Shown piece by piece: positions 1 through 9,757 of a stretch of 64,000 nucleotides of DNA (positions are counted from its first letter, which is position 1; each line of letters starts with the position of its first letter). The notes under the pieces were generated by a model. That model had not been told where the DNA came from. It searched no databases and worked only from the letters and a program-made list of their open reading frames with translations. The DNA comes from Actinomycetota bacterium. Lineage in GTDB: Bacteria; Actinomycetota; UBA4738; JACQTL01. Location: NCBI GenBank assembly GCA_036394995.1, contig DASWED010000062.1:21149-85148 (forward strand), written 5' to 3'. The position numbers and the translations under genes were made by a program.

Positions 1-1088
1 AGGAGCTCCAGAAGCTCTACCGCGAACACAACGTCAATCCGCTGGCCGGCTGCCTGCCGATGATCCTCCAGCTGCCGGTGCTGATCGCCCTCTACTCCGT
101 GCTGCGGTTCCCGCTGAACGTCGGCGGCCACCTCGAGTCGGTCCACGTCGAGCCGAACAGCCACATCCCGGTCTCGAGCCAGCTCTACGACTCGATCCTC
201 AACGAACGCGGCGACGTCCAGTTCCTCCAGTGCAGCGCCGGTCAGGCCGGCACCGGGACGCAGAACCTCACCGGGGGCAAAGAGGGAGAGCGGCTGGTCG
301 GCGCCGACGGGAACCTCATCGAGCCGCTCGACTGCGGGTCCGGGGTGCCCATCCGCATCCCCTACTACCTGCTCGCGGTGTTCATGGTCCTCACCACGTA
401 CTACCAGAGCCGGCAGATGCAACGGGCGAACCCGTCCGGTTCCCAGCAACAGCAGGCCCTGACCCGGATCATGCCGCTGATGTTCGGGGTGTGGGGGTTC
501 CTGTTCCCCGCGGGGCTGGTCGTGTACTGGACCACGTCGAACCTGTGGCAGATCGGGCAGCAGCATTTCATCATCCGGGCCCGGGAGCACGAGGAGGCAG
601 AGATCGCGGCCGGCCGGAAGACGCCGACGACGTCCGCCGCGCCGCGGCGGCGGGGGTTCATGGCCTCGATGATGGAACGGGCCGAGCAGGCGCAGAAGGG
701 TCGCTCGGGAGACTCGCCCTCGGGCTCCGGTGCCGGCAAGTCCGCCGGGACTGGGCGGTCGGGGACCCGGGGCTCCCCCGGCCGGGCCGCCCGACCCTCG
801 ACCGGAGGTGGAGGGTCGAAGGGAGGGTCCGGGCAGCCGCGAGGGTACAAGCCCGCGGCGACCAGCGCGGGCGATGGGGGGGCGCTGAGAAGGGCGCCCC
901 GGGGAACGAAGTCGCCGCTGGGCAGGGCCGAGGACGGGACGGGCGATGGCGAGGCCGACGTCCCCCAGCAGAAGGGACAGTCGGGTGCGGGTGCGAAGCC
1001 CCGTCCGACGCAGTCGTCGGCACGGGGATCCGGTCGGAGCTCGGGGAGCAGGAATGCGGGAAACCGAAAGAAGCGCCGGAAGCGTTGA
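1..1088 (+). CDS. yidC: Membrane protein insertase YidC, 5'-truncated at window edge (C-terminal part with basic KKRRKR tail)
   Basis: Translation 'ELQKLYREHNVNPLAGCLPMILQLPVLIALYSVL...YWTTSNLWQIGQQ' matches the conserved YidC/Oxa1 C-terminal core. The ORF continues from before position 1. Position upstream of jag-rsmG-parAB is as expected. Confidence 0.85.
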   Translation, partial: ELQKLYREHNVNPLAGCLPMILQLPVLIALYSVLRFPLNVGGHLESVHVEPNSHIPVSSQLYDSILNERGDVQFLQCSAGQAGTGTQNLTGGKEGERLVGADGNLIEPLDCGSGVPIRIPYYLLAVFMVLTTYYQSRQMQRANPSGSQQQQALTRIMPLMFGVWGFLFPAGLVVYWTTSNLWQIGQQHFIIRAREHEEAEIAAGRKTPTTSAAPRRRGFMASMMERAEQAQKGRSGDSPSGSGAGKSAGTGRSGTRGSPGRAARPSTGGGGSKGGSGQPRGYKPAATSAGDGGALRRAPRGTKSPLGRAEDGTGDGEADVPQQKGQSGAGAKPRPTQSSARGSGRSSGSRNAGNRKKRRKR

Positions 1089-1881
1089 GGAGGCCCTCGA
1101 GGCCGCCCTGGACGAGCTCGGCGTGAGCGAGCAGGAGGCCGAGGTCGAGATCCTGCAGGAGCCTCGGGGAGGGTTCCTGGGCATGGGATCACAGCCGGCC
1201 ATCGTCCGGGTGCGCGTTCGGGATGACGCCGGCGGTGGGCGCTCCAGAGGCGAACGGGCCCCCTCGGATGACGGCGACGAGGCCCGGACGGTCGAGGGCG
1301 GCGCCGAGCAGATCCGGGACGAGGTCGGAGAGCCCGGTCCGGGCACGGATGGGGAATCCGCTGAGCCGCTCGAGGACGAGGACTCGGCGGAGGACCTGCC
1401 CGCCGAGGTCCGGGAGCTGCTGGAGGACCAGGCAGACATCGTCGCGGACTTCCTGGAGGGGTTGTTCGACGCGATGGACCTTCGAGCCGAGGTCGAGACC
1501 GGTGTCGAACAGGGCACGATGTACGTGGACATCTGGGCCACGGACGACGATGAGAACGTGGGGCTCCTGATCGGGCGGCACGGTCAGGCCCTCGACGCGC
1601 TTCAGGAGATCGTGAGGGCGATCGTATTGCGCAGGACCGACGAGCGGTGCCAGGTGGTCGTCGACGTCGAGGACTACCGCAAGCGCCGCAAGGCCCAGCT
1701 GGCGTCGCGGGCCCGCGACGTCGCCCGGCGCGTCCAGAAGAGCGGGCGCCCCGAGGAGCTGGAGCCCATGAACGCGTTCGAACGCAAGATCGTGCACGAC
1801 GCCGTGGCCGACATCGGCGGCGTGAGCACCGGCAGTGAGGGCGAGGACCCCGACCGCCGCGTGGTCATCAGCCCGGCCTGA
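1054..1881 (+). CDS. jag: Jag/KhpB-like RNA-binding protein (Jag_N + KH + R3H)
   Basis: ATG at 1054 overlaps the yidC 3' end. N-term 'SVEEALEAALDELGVSEQEAEVEILQE' is typical Jag_N. C-term 'ERKIVHDAVADIGGVSTGSEGEDPDRRVVISPA' is an R3H domain. Confidence 0.8.
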   Translation: MRETERSAGSVEEALEAALDELGVSEQEAEVEILQEPRGGFLGMGSQPAIVRVRVRDDAGGGRSRGERAPSDDGDEARTVEGGAEQIRDEVGEPGPGTDGESAEPLEDEDSAEDLPAEVRELLEDQADIVADFLEGLFDAMDLRAEVETGVEQGTMYVDIWATDDDENVGLLIGRHGQALDALQEIVRAIVLRRTDERCQVVVDVEDYRKRRKAQLASRARDVARRVQKSGRPEELEPMNAFERKIVHDAVADIGGVSTGSEGEDPDRRVVISPA

Positions 1882-1972
1882 TCTCGGCCCTCCCCCATCT
1901 CCCGGTTCGGCGCGGATCGACCTCGAATTGGTGTTCCCTGTGCCGGGAATCACCCGAGAGCGAACACCTCGT

Positions 1973-1988
1973 TGTTTCACGTGAAACA
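1973..1988. promoter_or_regulatory. parS centromere-like site 1 (perfect palindrome TGTTTCACGTGAAACA)
   Basis: 16-bp perfect inverted repeat identical to the actinobacterial/Bacillus parS consensus. Lies in the jag-rsmG intergenic spacer. Confidence 0.8.
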
Positions 1989-2020
1989 CCCCCAGGGGAC
2001 GGCCCCTGTCGCAGGAGGCC

Positions 2021-2036
2021 TGTTTCACGTGAAACG
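2021..2036. promoter_or_regulatory. parS centromere-like site 2 (TGTTTCACGTGAAACG, 15/16)
   Basis: Second copy 48 bp downstream of site 1, upstream of the rsmG start. Confidence 0.7.
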
Positions 2037-2085
2037 GAACGCCGCTCCGCGCCTCGTGGCCCGGGCGCGAGACAATGGTCGGGCG

Positions 2086-2787
2086 ATGGATCGCGGCGAC
2101 AGCGGGAGGCTCCATTCCGCGGCGGGCCTGTTGGGGGTCGAGCTCGAAGACGCCCAGGCGGACCGGCTCGTCCGGTTCCGCACGCTGCTGGCCGAGAGAG
2201 CGGTCCCCTTCGGGATGGTCGCTCTCGGGGACGCCGACCGCCTGCTCGAACGACACGTCCTGGACTGCATCCGCGCCGTCCCGCCGCTGCGGCGGGTCGA
2301 AGCCGGAACGGTGGCCGATCTGGGGTCCGGAGCAGGCCTCCCGGGGCTCGTGGTCGCGGTCGCGATGCCGGCTGTCAGCGTGATCCTCGCCGAGTCCCGC
2401 TCCAGGCGAGCGGCGTTCCTCGAGATGGCGGCCTTGGAGCTGGAGTTGCGGAACGTGGCGATCCACGCCGGCCGGGTGGAAGCCCTGTCCGGCCCCTTCG
2501 ACGCCTGCACCGCCCGGGCCTTCGCCCCTCCCGGCCGGGCCTGGGCCGTCGCGCGTGCCCTCCTTCGTCCCGGAGGGCGCCTCCTGCTGTTCGCGGGACG
2601 ATCCTGGCCCGTCGAACGGCCCGCGGGGGGTTTCCCCGGCGGGGAGGACGCCGTGGACGAGGTGGACGCCCTGTCGGTCGGAGCGGTTTCGGGCGCTCAC
2701 GCGACGGGCGGATCGGGAAATCGACCCTCAACTTCGACTGGATGGCTTGAATCCGCCGGTCCACTCGTTATGATCACCCGGACGTGA
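2086..2787 (+). CDS. rsmG: 16S rRNA (guanine527-N7)-methyltransferase RsmG/GidB
   Basis: SAM-MTase motifs 'VADLGSGAGLPGLVVAV', 'ARAFAP', 'GRLLLFAG'. Start taken at ATG 2086 (MDRGDSGRL...); the longer ORF from 1972 would translate through the parS sites. The stop overlaps the parA GTG start (GTGA). Confidence 0.85.
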   Translation: MDRGDSGRLHSAAGLLGVELEDAQADRLVRFRTLLAERAVPFGMVALGDADRLLERHVLDCIRAVPPLRRVEAGTVADLGSGAGLPGLVVAVAMPAVSVILAESRSRRAAFLEMAALELELRNVAIHAGRVEALSGPFDACTARAFAPPGRAWAVARALLRPGGRLLLFAGRSWPVERPAGGFPGGEDAVDEVDALSVGAVSGAHATGGSGNRPSTSTGWLESAGPLVMITRT

Positions 2788-4382
2788 CGTCCGACTGGCA
2801 CCACGCCGATCCCGGCGCGACGACCTATTTCCCGCAGCCTCCCGAGCCCGGGGACCCCTCCCAAGCCATCGCCCTGCCCGACGCCGAGCCCGGCCCGCCC
2901 GCTTCCGGCGACTCGCCGGATGCGGGGCAGAGCCAGCAGGCCGGGGTCGCGGTGGGGGAGAGCCGTACAGGCGACCGGCCCGGCGGGGACGGCGACGTGG
3001 CGCCGGAGCGGCCCGCCCACACCGAACCCGCGGCCACCTCGTCCGACGATCCGGCCGAGGGCATACCGCCGACGGTGATCGGAGACGCCCGGGGCGTGCC
3101 GGACCCCGGCGAGGTGCAGACGCCCGTCACCGGTGACATTCCCCGTCCCGAGGTGGAACCCACCACCCGGGATCCGAACCAGGCCGAGCGAACGGCCGGG
3201 GGCATGGAGCCGGGAGGCGTCGACCCGGAGGCCGGGGGGTCTCCCGGGCCGGCCACGGAGGGTTCCGCGCCGGACGGGGCCGATCCGGCCGCTGGCTCAC
3301 CCGGTACCGATGCGTCAGCCGACGCTGAACTCCAGGTCGAGACCCAGCCCGTCCCGCCGTCGGTGGCCGCCGCGGCCGAGGCCGCCGCCGCGGAGGCGTC
3401 GACGGGGCCGCCGGACCCTGCCCTGGCCGAGCAGCCACCGCAGGCGGTTCGCCGACCCGGAGCGGTGGCCCGGGTCATCGCGGTGGCGAACCAGAAGGGC
3501 GGGGTGGGCAAGAGCACGACGGCCGTGAGTCTGGGTGCCGCGCTGGCGGAGCTGGGCCACGAGGTCCTGGTACTCGACCTCGATCCCCAGGGCAACGCCT
3601 CCACCGGGCTCGGGATCCGTCACGCGGCCCGGGCGGTCACCACATACGAGGTCCTGCTGTCGCAGGCCCCTCTCGCCGACGCCGTCGTCCAGACCCCCGT
3701 GGAGCACCTCGCCGCGATCCCGTCGACCATCGACCTGGCGGGCGCCGAGATCGAGCTCGTCAGCCAGTTCTCGCGGGAGACGCGGCTCCGCAAGGCCCTC
3801 GAGCCGGTGCGGGAGGGTTCCTACGACTTCGTCATCCTCGACTGCCCGCCGTCGCTCGGGCTCCTCACGATCAACGCGCTGACGGCGGCGGACGAGCTGA
3901 TCGTGCCGATCCAGTGCGAGTACTACGCGCTGGAGGGCCTCGGGCAGCTGCTGCGAAACGTCAGGCTGATCCAGCAGAACGTCAATCCCAAGTTGAGGCT
4001 CTCGGGCATCGTCATGACGATGTTCGACGCCCGGACGAAGCTGTCCGAGCAGGTGGTGGCGGAGGTCAGGCGGTACTTCGGGACCCGGGTCTACGACGCG
4101 GTGATCCCGCGGACCGTTCGTCTGTCCGAGGCACCGGGGTACGGACAGCCGATCACCGTGTACGACCCCGGGTCGAAGGGCGCACAGACGTACCGGGCCC
4201 TGGCCAAGGAGGTGGCGGCGAAGACGCCCGACGGCGAGGCCGTCCCCCTCATCGGCGAGCTGCCGGCGGTGATCACGCCGGCGGAGCGTCCCGCGCCCGC
4301 GCCCGTTTCCAACGGGTCGCCCGGGGAGAACGGCCAGCCGAGACGTCGATTCCGACTGTTCCGAAGAGGAGGCGAAGAGTGA
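2784..4382 (+). CDS. parA: Chromosome partitioning ATPase ParA/Soj with long N-terminal Pro/Asp/Glu-rich low-complexity extension (~230 aa)
   Basis: C-terminal 300 aa carry the deviant Walker A 'VANQKGGVGKSTTAVSLGAAL' and ParA core motifs. A GTG at 2784 overlaps the rsmG stop. The true start is uncertain and could be internal, but no in-frame ATG lies near the ATPase domain. Confidence 0.8.
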   Translation: MTSDWHHADPGATTYFPQPPEPGDPSQAIALPDAEPGPPASGDSPDAGQSQQAGVAVGESRTGDRPGGDGDVAPERPAHTEPAATSSDDPAEGIPPTVIGDARGVPDPGEVQTPVTGDIPRPEVEPTTRDPNQAERTAGGMEPGGVDPEAGGSPGPATEGSAPDGADPAAGSPGTDASADAELQVETQPVPPSVAAAAEAAAAEASTGPPDPALAEQPPQAVRRPGAVARVIAVANQKGGVGKSTTAVSLGAALAELGHEVLVLDLDPQGNASTGLGIRHAARAVTTYEVLLSQAPLADAVVQTPVEHLAAIPSTIDLAGAEIELVSQFSRETRLRKALEPVREGSYDFVILDCPPSLGLLTINALTAADELIVPIQCEYYALEGLGQLLRNVRLIQQNVNPKLRLSGIVMTMFDARTKLSEQVVAEVRRYFGTRVYDAVIPRTVRLSEAPGYGQPITVYDPGSKGAQTYRALAKEVAAKTPDGEAVPLIGELPAVITPAERPAPAPVSNGSPGENGQPRRRFRLFRRGGEE

Positions 4383-5248
4383 GACGAGGCGGATTGGGCA
4401 GGGGGCTCTCGGCGCTGATCCCCGGCGCCGCGGAGGAGGCGGGTCTGCTCGAGATCCCGGTGGGAGCCATCGAGCGGAACCCCAGGCAGCCCCGGACGTG
4501 GTTCGACGAGGAGGCTCTGGAGGGGCTGGCCCACTCGATCCGCGAGGTCGGGGTGCTGCAACCCGTGATCGTCCGGAGGATGGACACGGGCTACGAGCTG
4601 GTGGCGGGGGAGCGGCGCCTGCGCGCGGCCCGGTTGGCCGGTCTGGCCACGATCCCGGCTGTGATCCGCGATGCGGACGACGCCGAGTCGCTGCGGGATG
4701 CACTGATCGAGAACATCCACCGCGAGGACCTCGGCCCGCTCGAGCTGGCGGAGGCGTTCGCCGAGCTCCTGGAGGACCTCGGCGTGACCCAGGAGACGCT
4801 CTCGGAGCGCCTCGGCGTGTCCCGCCCCCATATCGCGAACACGATCCGCCTGCTCCAGCTGCCGGCCGAGATCCAGCGGCTGCTGGGGGAGGGGCGGCTG
4901 GCAGCCGGGCACGGACGAGCCCTCCTGGCCCTGCCCGACCGCGAGGCGCAGGTCTCGTTGGGTCTGAGGGCGGCGGCCGAGGACCTGTCGGTCCGCGAGG
5001 TGGAGGAGCTGGTCAGGACGTACAGCCAGGCCCCCGCGCGGGCGCCGGCCCCGGCGCCCAAGGCCGTCCGGATCCCCAACGACGGCGCCTTCGGGGAAGC
5101 CGAGGAGATCCTGTCCGAACAGCTCCAGACCCGGGTCCGGATCAGGATGGGCAAGCGTCGCGGAAGGATCGTGGTCGAGTTCTCGTCGCCGGATGACCTC
5201 ACCCGAATCGTCGACGAGATAGTCGGCTCGCGCGTCACGGTGGGTTAG
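4379..5248 (+). CDS. parB: Chromosome partitioning protein ParB/Spo0J
   Basis: The GTG start overlaps the parA stop (GTGA). ParB box '[18 protein letters not shown]', '[14 protein letters not shown]', HTH '[22 protein letters not shown]'. Confidence 0.9.
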   Translation: MRRGGLGRGLSALIPGAAEEAGLLEIPVGAIERNPRQPRTWFDEEALEGLAHSIREVGVLQPVIVRRMDTGYELVAGERRLRAARLAGLATIPAVIRDADDAESLRDALIENIHREDLGPLELAEAFAELLEDLGVTQETLSERLGVSRPHIANTIRLLQLPAEIQRLLGEGRLAAGHGRALLALPDREAQVSLGLRAAAEDLSVREVEELVRTYSQAPARAPAPAPKAVRIPNDGAFGEAEEILSEQLQTRVRIRMGKRRGRIVVEFSSPDDLTRIVDEIVGSRVTVG

Positions 5249-5361
5249 GCTCGCTCGAGAGCCTCCCCAAACCTTGTACCTGCAGTTGAGGCTTGGCCAT
5301 GTCGCGATGCCCATGTTTCGTTCCAAACACCCCGGGTTGGGGGGACTCTGTGAGCCGGGGA

Positions 5362-5377
5362 TGTTCCACGTGAAACA
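5362..5377. promoter_or_regulatory. parS centromere-like site 3 (TGTTCCACGTGAAACA)
   Basis: Exact Bacillus-type parS consensus 16-mer, 114 bp downstream of the parB stop, in a long non-coding stretch. Confidence 0.85.
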
Positions 5378-6005
5378 ATCGCGGGCCGATCCCATCTCAG
5401 TCGAACGCGATCGCTGCCGACAGCAGCGCGGCCAAGTCGGCTCTGGCCTACTGGCGCATCTGGCCCTCGCGACCCTCAAGGTCAACTCTAGGGACGCCCC
5501 GGCGCGCGATCGTCGTCGGTGCTTGCGGCGAGGGGAGGCCGCTGCGCCGAGAGGGGACACCTCCCACGGCGAGATCGGAGATCCGATCCCAGAGGGAATC
5601 GCTGGAACGATCGGATCCGGGCCGCGCCTCAGGGCCGAGGATTCCCCGGAAGGCAATCTCGCGGGCGCCGCCAGGGGCAGCGCACTCTGCGATCGGGGGG
5701 CCTCCCTCCTGTTCTGTGGCGGCGGGGTCGGCGCCCTGGTCCCCCGACCGTTGAGGCTCGGCCGTGGACCCACCCGTCCGGGAGTGCGTGAGGGCGCGTC
5801 GGTGAGTAGTCTGTTATGGACTACCAAAGGGAACGACGGCGGAATCACTCCGTGGGTCCGCGGACGTCGACTCCTCACGATGCACGGAGCGAGATTCGGA
5901 CAGCAGCCGGAGTGCCGCTGGGTTCTCGAATCTCGAGATCAGAGGAAAGGAGATGGGACGGCTCTTTGCTACCTAGTCCGCAATGGACTAGCGCCCCACA
6001 TGCCG

Positions 6006-7229
6006 TCAGTCGCCGACGGCGGGGCGGAGGGTGGAGCGCTCCGCGAGAAGGGCGCCCAGGCGGCGGATGCCCTCGCGGACGGCGTCCTCCGGTGGGTAGC
6101 AGAACGACAGGCGCATGCGGTCTCGGCCGCGGCCGTCGGGGTAGAACGCGGTTCCCGGGACGTAGGCCACGCGGTGGTCCACGGCCAGCGGGAGCAACGA
6201 GGGCGTGTCCACACCCTCGAGGGTCGCCCACACGTAGAACCCCCCCGCGGGGTGGGTCCAGTGGGCGGACGCCGGGAAGTCCCGCTCCAGCGACTCCAGC
6301 ATGGCGTCGCGGCGCGCGTGGTACACGTCCACCAGCGCCGCGAGGTTGACCCGCCAGCGGTCGCCGTCCAGGTACCGTTCCGCCAGCAGCTGGGTGAAGG
6401 CGCTGGAGCACAGGTCGGCGGCCTCCTTGGCCAGGACCAGCCGGTCCAGCGTCCCGGGCTCGGCCAGTGCCCACCCCACCCGGACCCCGGGCGCGAACAC
6501 CTTGGACAGCGTCCCCAGGTAGATGACGTTCGCCGGGTCCAGCGAACGGAGGCACGGCACCGCGTCGCCCTCGAACCGGAGCATCCCGTACGGGTTGTCC
6601 TCGACGATCGGGACGCCGGCGGCCCGGCATACCTCCACCAGCCGGTCCCGCCGGGCCAGCGACATCGTCACACCGGAGGGGTTCGAGAAGTTCGGCACGG
6701 TGTACACGAACTTCGGCCGGACCCCGCGGGCCAGGGCGGCCTCGAGCTCCTCCACGACCATGCCCTCGTCGTCCATCGGGATCTGGACGAACCGCGGTTC
6801 GTAGGCGGAGAACGCGGAGAGCGCGCCGACGTAGCACGGCTCCTCCACCATGACCTCGTCGCCGGCGTCCAGGAAGACCTTCCCGACCAGGTCGAGGGCC
6901 TGCTGGGCGCCGTTGGTGATCAGGACCCGGTCGGCGGAGGCCTCGACGTCCTCCTCGGCCATCAGCCGGACCACGGCCTCGCGGATCCCCGGCAGGCCGA
7001 TCCCGCCGCAGTACTGGAGCGCAGCGCTCCCGTGTTGGCGCAGGACCGACTCCACCGCGTCCAGGACGTCGCCCGTCGGGAGCGCGCTGACGAACGGCAT
7101 CCCCCCGGCCAGGGACACGACGTCCGGCCGAGAGGCCACCGCGAACAGCGCGCGGACCTCCGACGCCGACATCCCGGCCATGCGGTCGGCGTACAGGTCG
7201 ATGTAGGGATCGACGAACAGGTCGGTCAT
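6006..7229 (-). CDS. PLP-dependent aminotransferase, class I/II (AspAT/ValAT/LysN-like)
   Basis: 407 aa starting MTDLFVDPY (ATG at 7229). Aminotransferase fold motifs '[11 protein letters not shown]', '[16 protein letters not shown]', and the PLP-lysine context '[16 protein letters not shown]'. The long six-frame ORF 6006..8222 fuses it to the antisense strand of trpS. Confidence 0.8.
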   Translation of the reverse strand: MTDLFVDPYIDLYADRMAGMSASEVRALFAVASRPDVVSLAGGMPFVSALPTGDVLDAVESVLRQHGSAALQYCGGIGLPGIREAVVRLMAEEDVEASADRVLITNGAQQALDLVGKVFLDAGDEVMVEEPCYVGALSAFSAYEPRFVQIPMDDEGMVVEELEAALARGVRPKFVYTVPNFSNPSGVTMSLARRDRLVEVCRAAGVPIVEDNPYGMLRFEGDAVPCLRSLDPANVIYLGTLSKVFAPGVRVGWALAEPGTLDRLVLAKEAADLCSSAFTQLLAERYLDGDRWRVNLAALVDVYHARRDAMLESLERDFPASAHWTHPAGGFYVWATLEGVDTPSLLPLAVDHRVAYVPGTAFYPDGRGRDRMRLSFCYPPEDAVREGIRRLGALLAERSTLRPAVGD

Positions 7230-7340
7230 GGGGCCACCGATGCTAACAACGGTTCGGCCCGGCGGCCCGGAAGCTCGACCTGCTTCTGGTCCAGCCTCCG
7301 GGCCCAGGGCGGCCAATCTCGGGGCGGTCGAAGCCTTGGT

Positions 7341-8354
7341 ATGGTGCCGGGCCTCATGGCGCGCGTGCTCTCGGGCATCCAGCCGAGTGGTGACTTCCAC
7401 CTCGGCAACTACATCGGGGCGGTCCGGCACTGGGTGGCCGACCAGGACCGCAACGACTGCTTCTACCTGATCGTCGACCTCCACGCGATCACGCAGCCCC
7501 AGGACCCCCAGGAGCTCCGCAACCGGACCATCGAGCTGGCGGCCATCCTGCTGGCCGCCGGGATCGACCCCGATCGCTCGACGCTGTTCGTGCAGTCGCA
7601 CGTCCCGGAACATGCCCAGATGGCCTGGATCCTGGACTGCATCGCGACGCTCGGCGAGCTCCGGCGGATGACCCAGTTCAAGGAGAAGTCCTCGAAGGGC
7701 CAGGAGGCGTCGTCCTCGGCCGGCCTGTTCACGTACCCCGTGCTCCAGGCCGCCGACATCCTGCTGTACGACACGGACTTCGTCCCGGTGGGGGAGGACC
7801 AGCGCCAGCATCTCGAGCTGACCCGCGACATCGCCCAGCGCTTCAACCACCGGTTCGGGGAGACGTTCGTGGTCCCGGAGGCCACCATCCCGCCCGTGGG
7901 GGCGAAGATCATGGACCTCCAGTTCCCCGAGTCGAAGATGTCGAAGTCGACCGATTCGCCCCAGGGGACCATCGCGATCCTCGACCCCCCCGACGCCATC
8001 TCGAAGAAGGTCCGCTCCGCCGTCACCGATTCCGGACGCGAGGTGATGGCCCGGGAGGACAAGCCGGCCATCACGAACCTGCTCACGATCCACTCCGTGA
8101 TCTCCGGCGAGCCCGTCCGCGTGCTCGAGCAACGCTACGGCGACTCCGGCTACGCGCAGTTCAAATCGGACCTCGCCGACGCGCTGGTGGCGTACCTCGA
8201 GCCGTTCCAGCGCCGGTATCACGAGCTGAAGGAGGACCCGGGCGAGATCGCCCGCCTCCTCGCGATCGGCGCCGAGAAGGCCCGGACGGTGGCCGAGACG
8301 ACGCTGGCCACCGCGTACGACCGGGTGGGGTTCCTGCCGCGCGGCAAGGACTGA
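7341..8354 (+). CDS. trpS: Tryptophan--tRNA ligase
   Basis: Class I aaRS signatures: HIGH-like '[10 protein letters not shown]' and KMSKS 'KMSKS' present. ATG at 7341 (or 7356). Divergent from the aminotransferase. Confidence 0.9.
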   Translation: MVPGLMARVLSGIQPSGDFHLGNYIGAVRHWVADQDRNDCFYLIVDLHAITQPQDPQELRNRTIELAAILLAAGIDPDRSTLFVQSHVPEHAQMAWILDCIATLGELRRMTQFKEKSSKGQEASSSAGLFTYPVLQAADILLYDTDFVPVGEDQRQHLELTRDIAQRFNHRFGETFVVPEATIPPVGAKIMDLQFPESKMSKSTDSPQGTIAILDPPDAISKKVRSAVTDSGREVMAREDKPAITNLLTIHSVISGEPVRVLEQRYGDSGYAQFKSDLADALVAYLEPFQRRYHELKEDPGEIARLLAIGAEKARTVAETTLATAYDRVGFLPRGKD

Positions 8355-8359
8355 TCGCC

Positions 8360-8467
8360 GTGGAGGACCTCCGGAAGGCCGAGCTGGTCAGGTCGTCGAA
8401 GGCCGCGGCGCTGGGGCTCGTCCTCGGCGGGATCCTCCTCCTGCTGGCGCGGCGCCGGCGCGGCTGA
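8360..8467 (+). CDS. Putative 35-aa single-TM miniprotein (VEDLRKAELVRSSKAAALGLVLGGILLLLARRRRG)
   Basis: GTG 10 nt after an AAGGA Shine-Dalgarno, immediately after the trpS stop. High GC3. One hydrophobic helix followed by RRRRG. Below the ORF-track size threshold, so not listed there. Confidence 0.3.
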   Translation: MEDLRKAELVRSSKAAALGLVLGGILLLLARRRRG

Positions 8468-8507
8468 CCCGAGCCCGGAGACCGCCGGCCCGAGCCCCGA
8501 AGACGCT

Positions 8508-9674
8508 CTACGCCGGGAGTCGGGCCTGCCCCTCCGGCGGCGTCGCGCCCGAACCGGAGCCGGTCCCCTCGGCACCACCATCCGCCCGCGTTCCGGACAG
8601 CCTGGCCCCGAAGAACCGTTCCACACCTCGAACGATGGCGATGGCCACGTCGCGCCGGAACGGCTCCTCGCCCAGCAGGCGCTCCTCCCTGGGGTTCGAC
8701 ACGAAGCACGGCTCGATCTGCACGGCCGGCATCCGCGTCTCCCGGAGCAGCGTGATGGTCATGGGGTGGGTCCTGCCGTCGGTGAGGCCGATCCTCGATG
8801 TCAGCTCGTCCTGGATGGACTCGGCCAGGCGGAACCCGGCCTGCGACGTCGCGCCGTCGTGCCCGTAGTACAGGCACATGCTGCCCTCGGCCTTCGGGTC
8901 GGTGTGGGCGTTCACGTGGATGGACAGGCACACCTCGGCACCCCATGTGTTCGCCCGGGCGGCCCGCTCCGCGGCGGGCGGGTCCTCGTCCTCTGCTCGC
9001 AGGAGGCTCGGCTCGGCCCCCCTGCGCCGGAGCTCCGCCTCGATGGAGGAGGCCAGCAGCCACGCCGCCTCGGCCTCGGTCAGGCCTCCCGGACCGACGG
9101 CCCCGGGATCCTGCGGCCCGTGGCCGGGGTCGAGGGCCACCCTGGACCCCTCCAGGGAGGCCCGCATCTTCCGGAGGGCCTCGACCTCCCGGAGCGTGGC
9201 CCCGGAGCGCTCGTCCTCCGTGGGCGGCCGGACCCGTTCGAGCTCCTGGAGGGTCTCGTGCCCGACGATCCCGTCCTGGTCCATGCCCACGTTCCGCTGG
9301 AAGTCCCGAACGGCGCGGTCGCATCGTTCGCCGAAGATGCCGTCCTCCCGGCCGGCGTCGAACCCCAGGGCGCCCAAGCGGCGCTGGAGGGTCCGGACGT
9401 CGTCGCCCCGGAACATCGGCATCCGCAGGTACAGGACGCGGTCCCCCAGCCGGTAGCCCGCCTCGACCAGCTCGTTCCAGGTCTCGGGCCCGACCTGTCC
9501 GTCCACCAGCAGCCCCCGGCGCTGCTGGAACGCCCGGACCGCCGACTCGGTCGTCGGCCCGAACAGCCCCTCGAGCTCCCCCGAGTCGATGTGCGAACCG
9601 AGCGCGCCCAGGCGGCGCTGGACGTCGCGGACGTCGTCGCCCCGGTCACGGGGACGGATCGTTCTCACGGCCAA
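8508..9674 (-). CDS. cwlM: N-acetylmuramoyl-L-alanine amidase (2x PG_binding_1 + Amidase_3), CwlM-like
   Basis: Two peptidoglycan-binding repeats ('DVRDVQRRLGALG...', 'DVRTLQRRLGALG...') and an Amidase_3 core ('VALDPGHGPQDPGA', 'LSIHVNAH'). Sits next to trxA/trxB as in Mycobacterium. Confidence 0.85.
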   Translation of the reverse strand: MAVRTIRPRDRGDDVRDVQRRLGALGSHIDSGELEGLFGPTTESAVRAFQQRRGLLVDGQVGPETWNELVEAGYRLGDRVLYLRMPMFRGDDVRTLQRRLGALGFDAGREDGIFGERCDRAVRDFQRNVGMDQDGIVGHETLQELERVRPPTEDERSGATLREVEALRKMRASLEGSRVALDPGHGPQDPGAVGPGGLTEAEAAWLLASSIEAELRRRGAEPSLLRAEDEDPPAAERAARANTWGAEVCLSIHVNAHTDPKAEGSMCLYYGHDGATSQAGFRLAESIQDELTSRIGLTDGRTHPMTITLLRETRMPAVQIEPCFVSNPREERLLGEEPFRRDVAIAIVRGVERFFGARLSGTRADGGAEGTGSGSGATPPEGQARLPA

Positions 9675-9757
9675 GAGTATCGGGATACGCGGGCTCTCCC
9701 CGCAAGGCGGGTCGTGACGTTCGGACGAACGGACTCACGACCGAGGATGCGGCCCGA

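Noticed and set aside
6006-8222. 738-aa minus-strand ORF
   Set aside because: It is a chimera. Only the C-terminal 407 aa (ATG at 7229) form the aminotransferase. The N-terminal part is the antisense translation of trpS.
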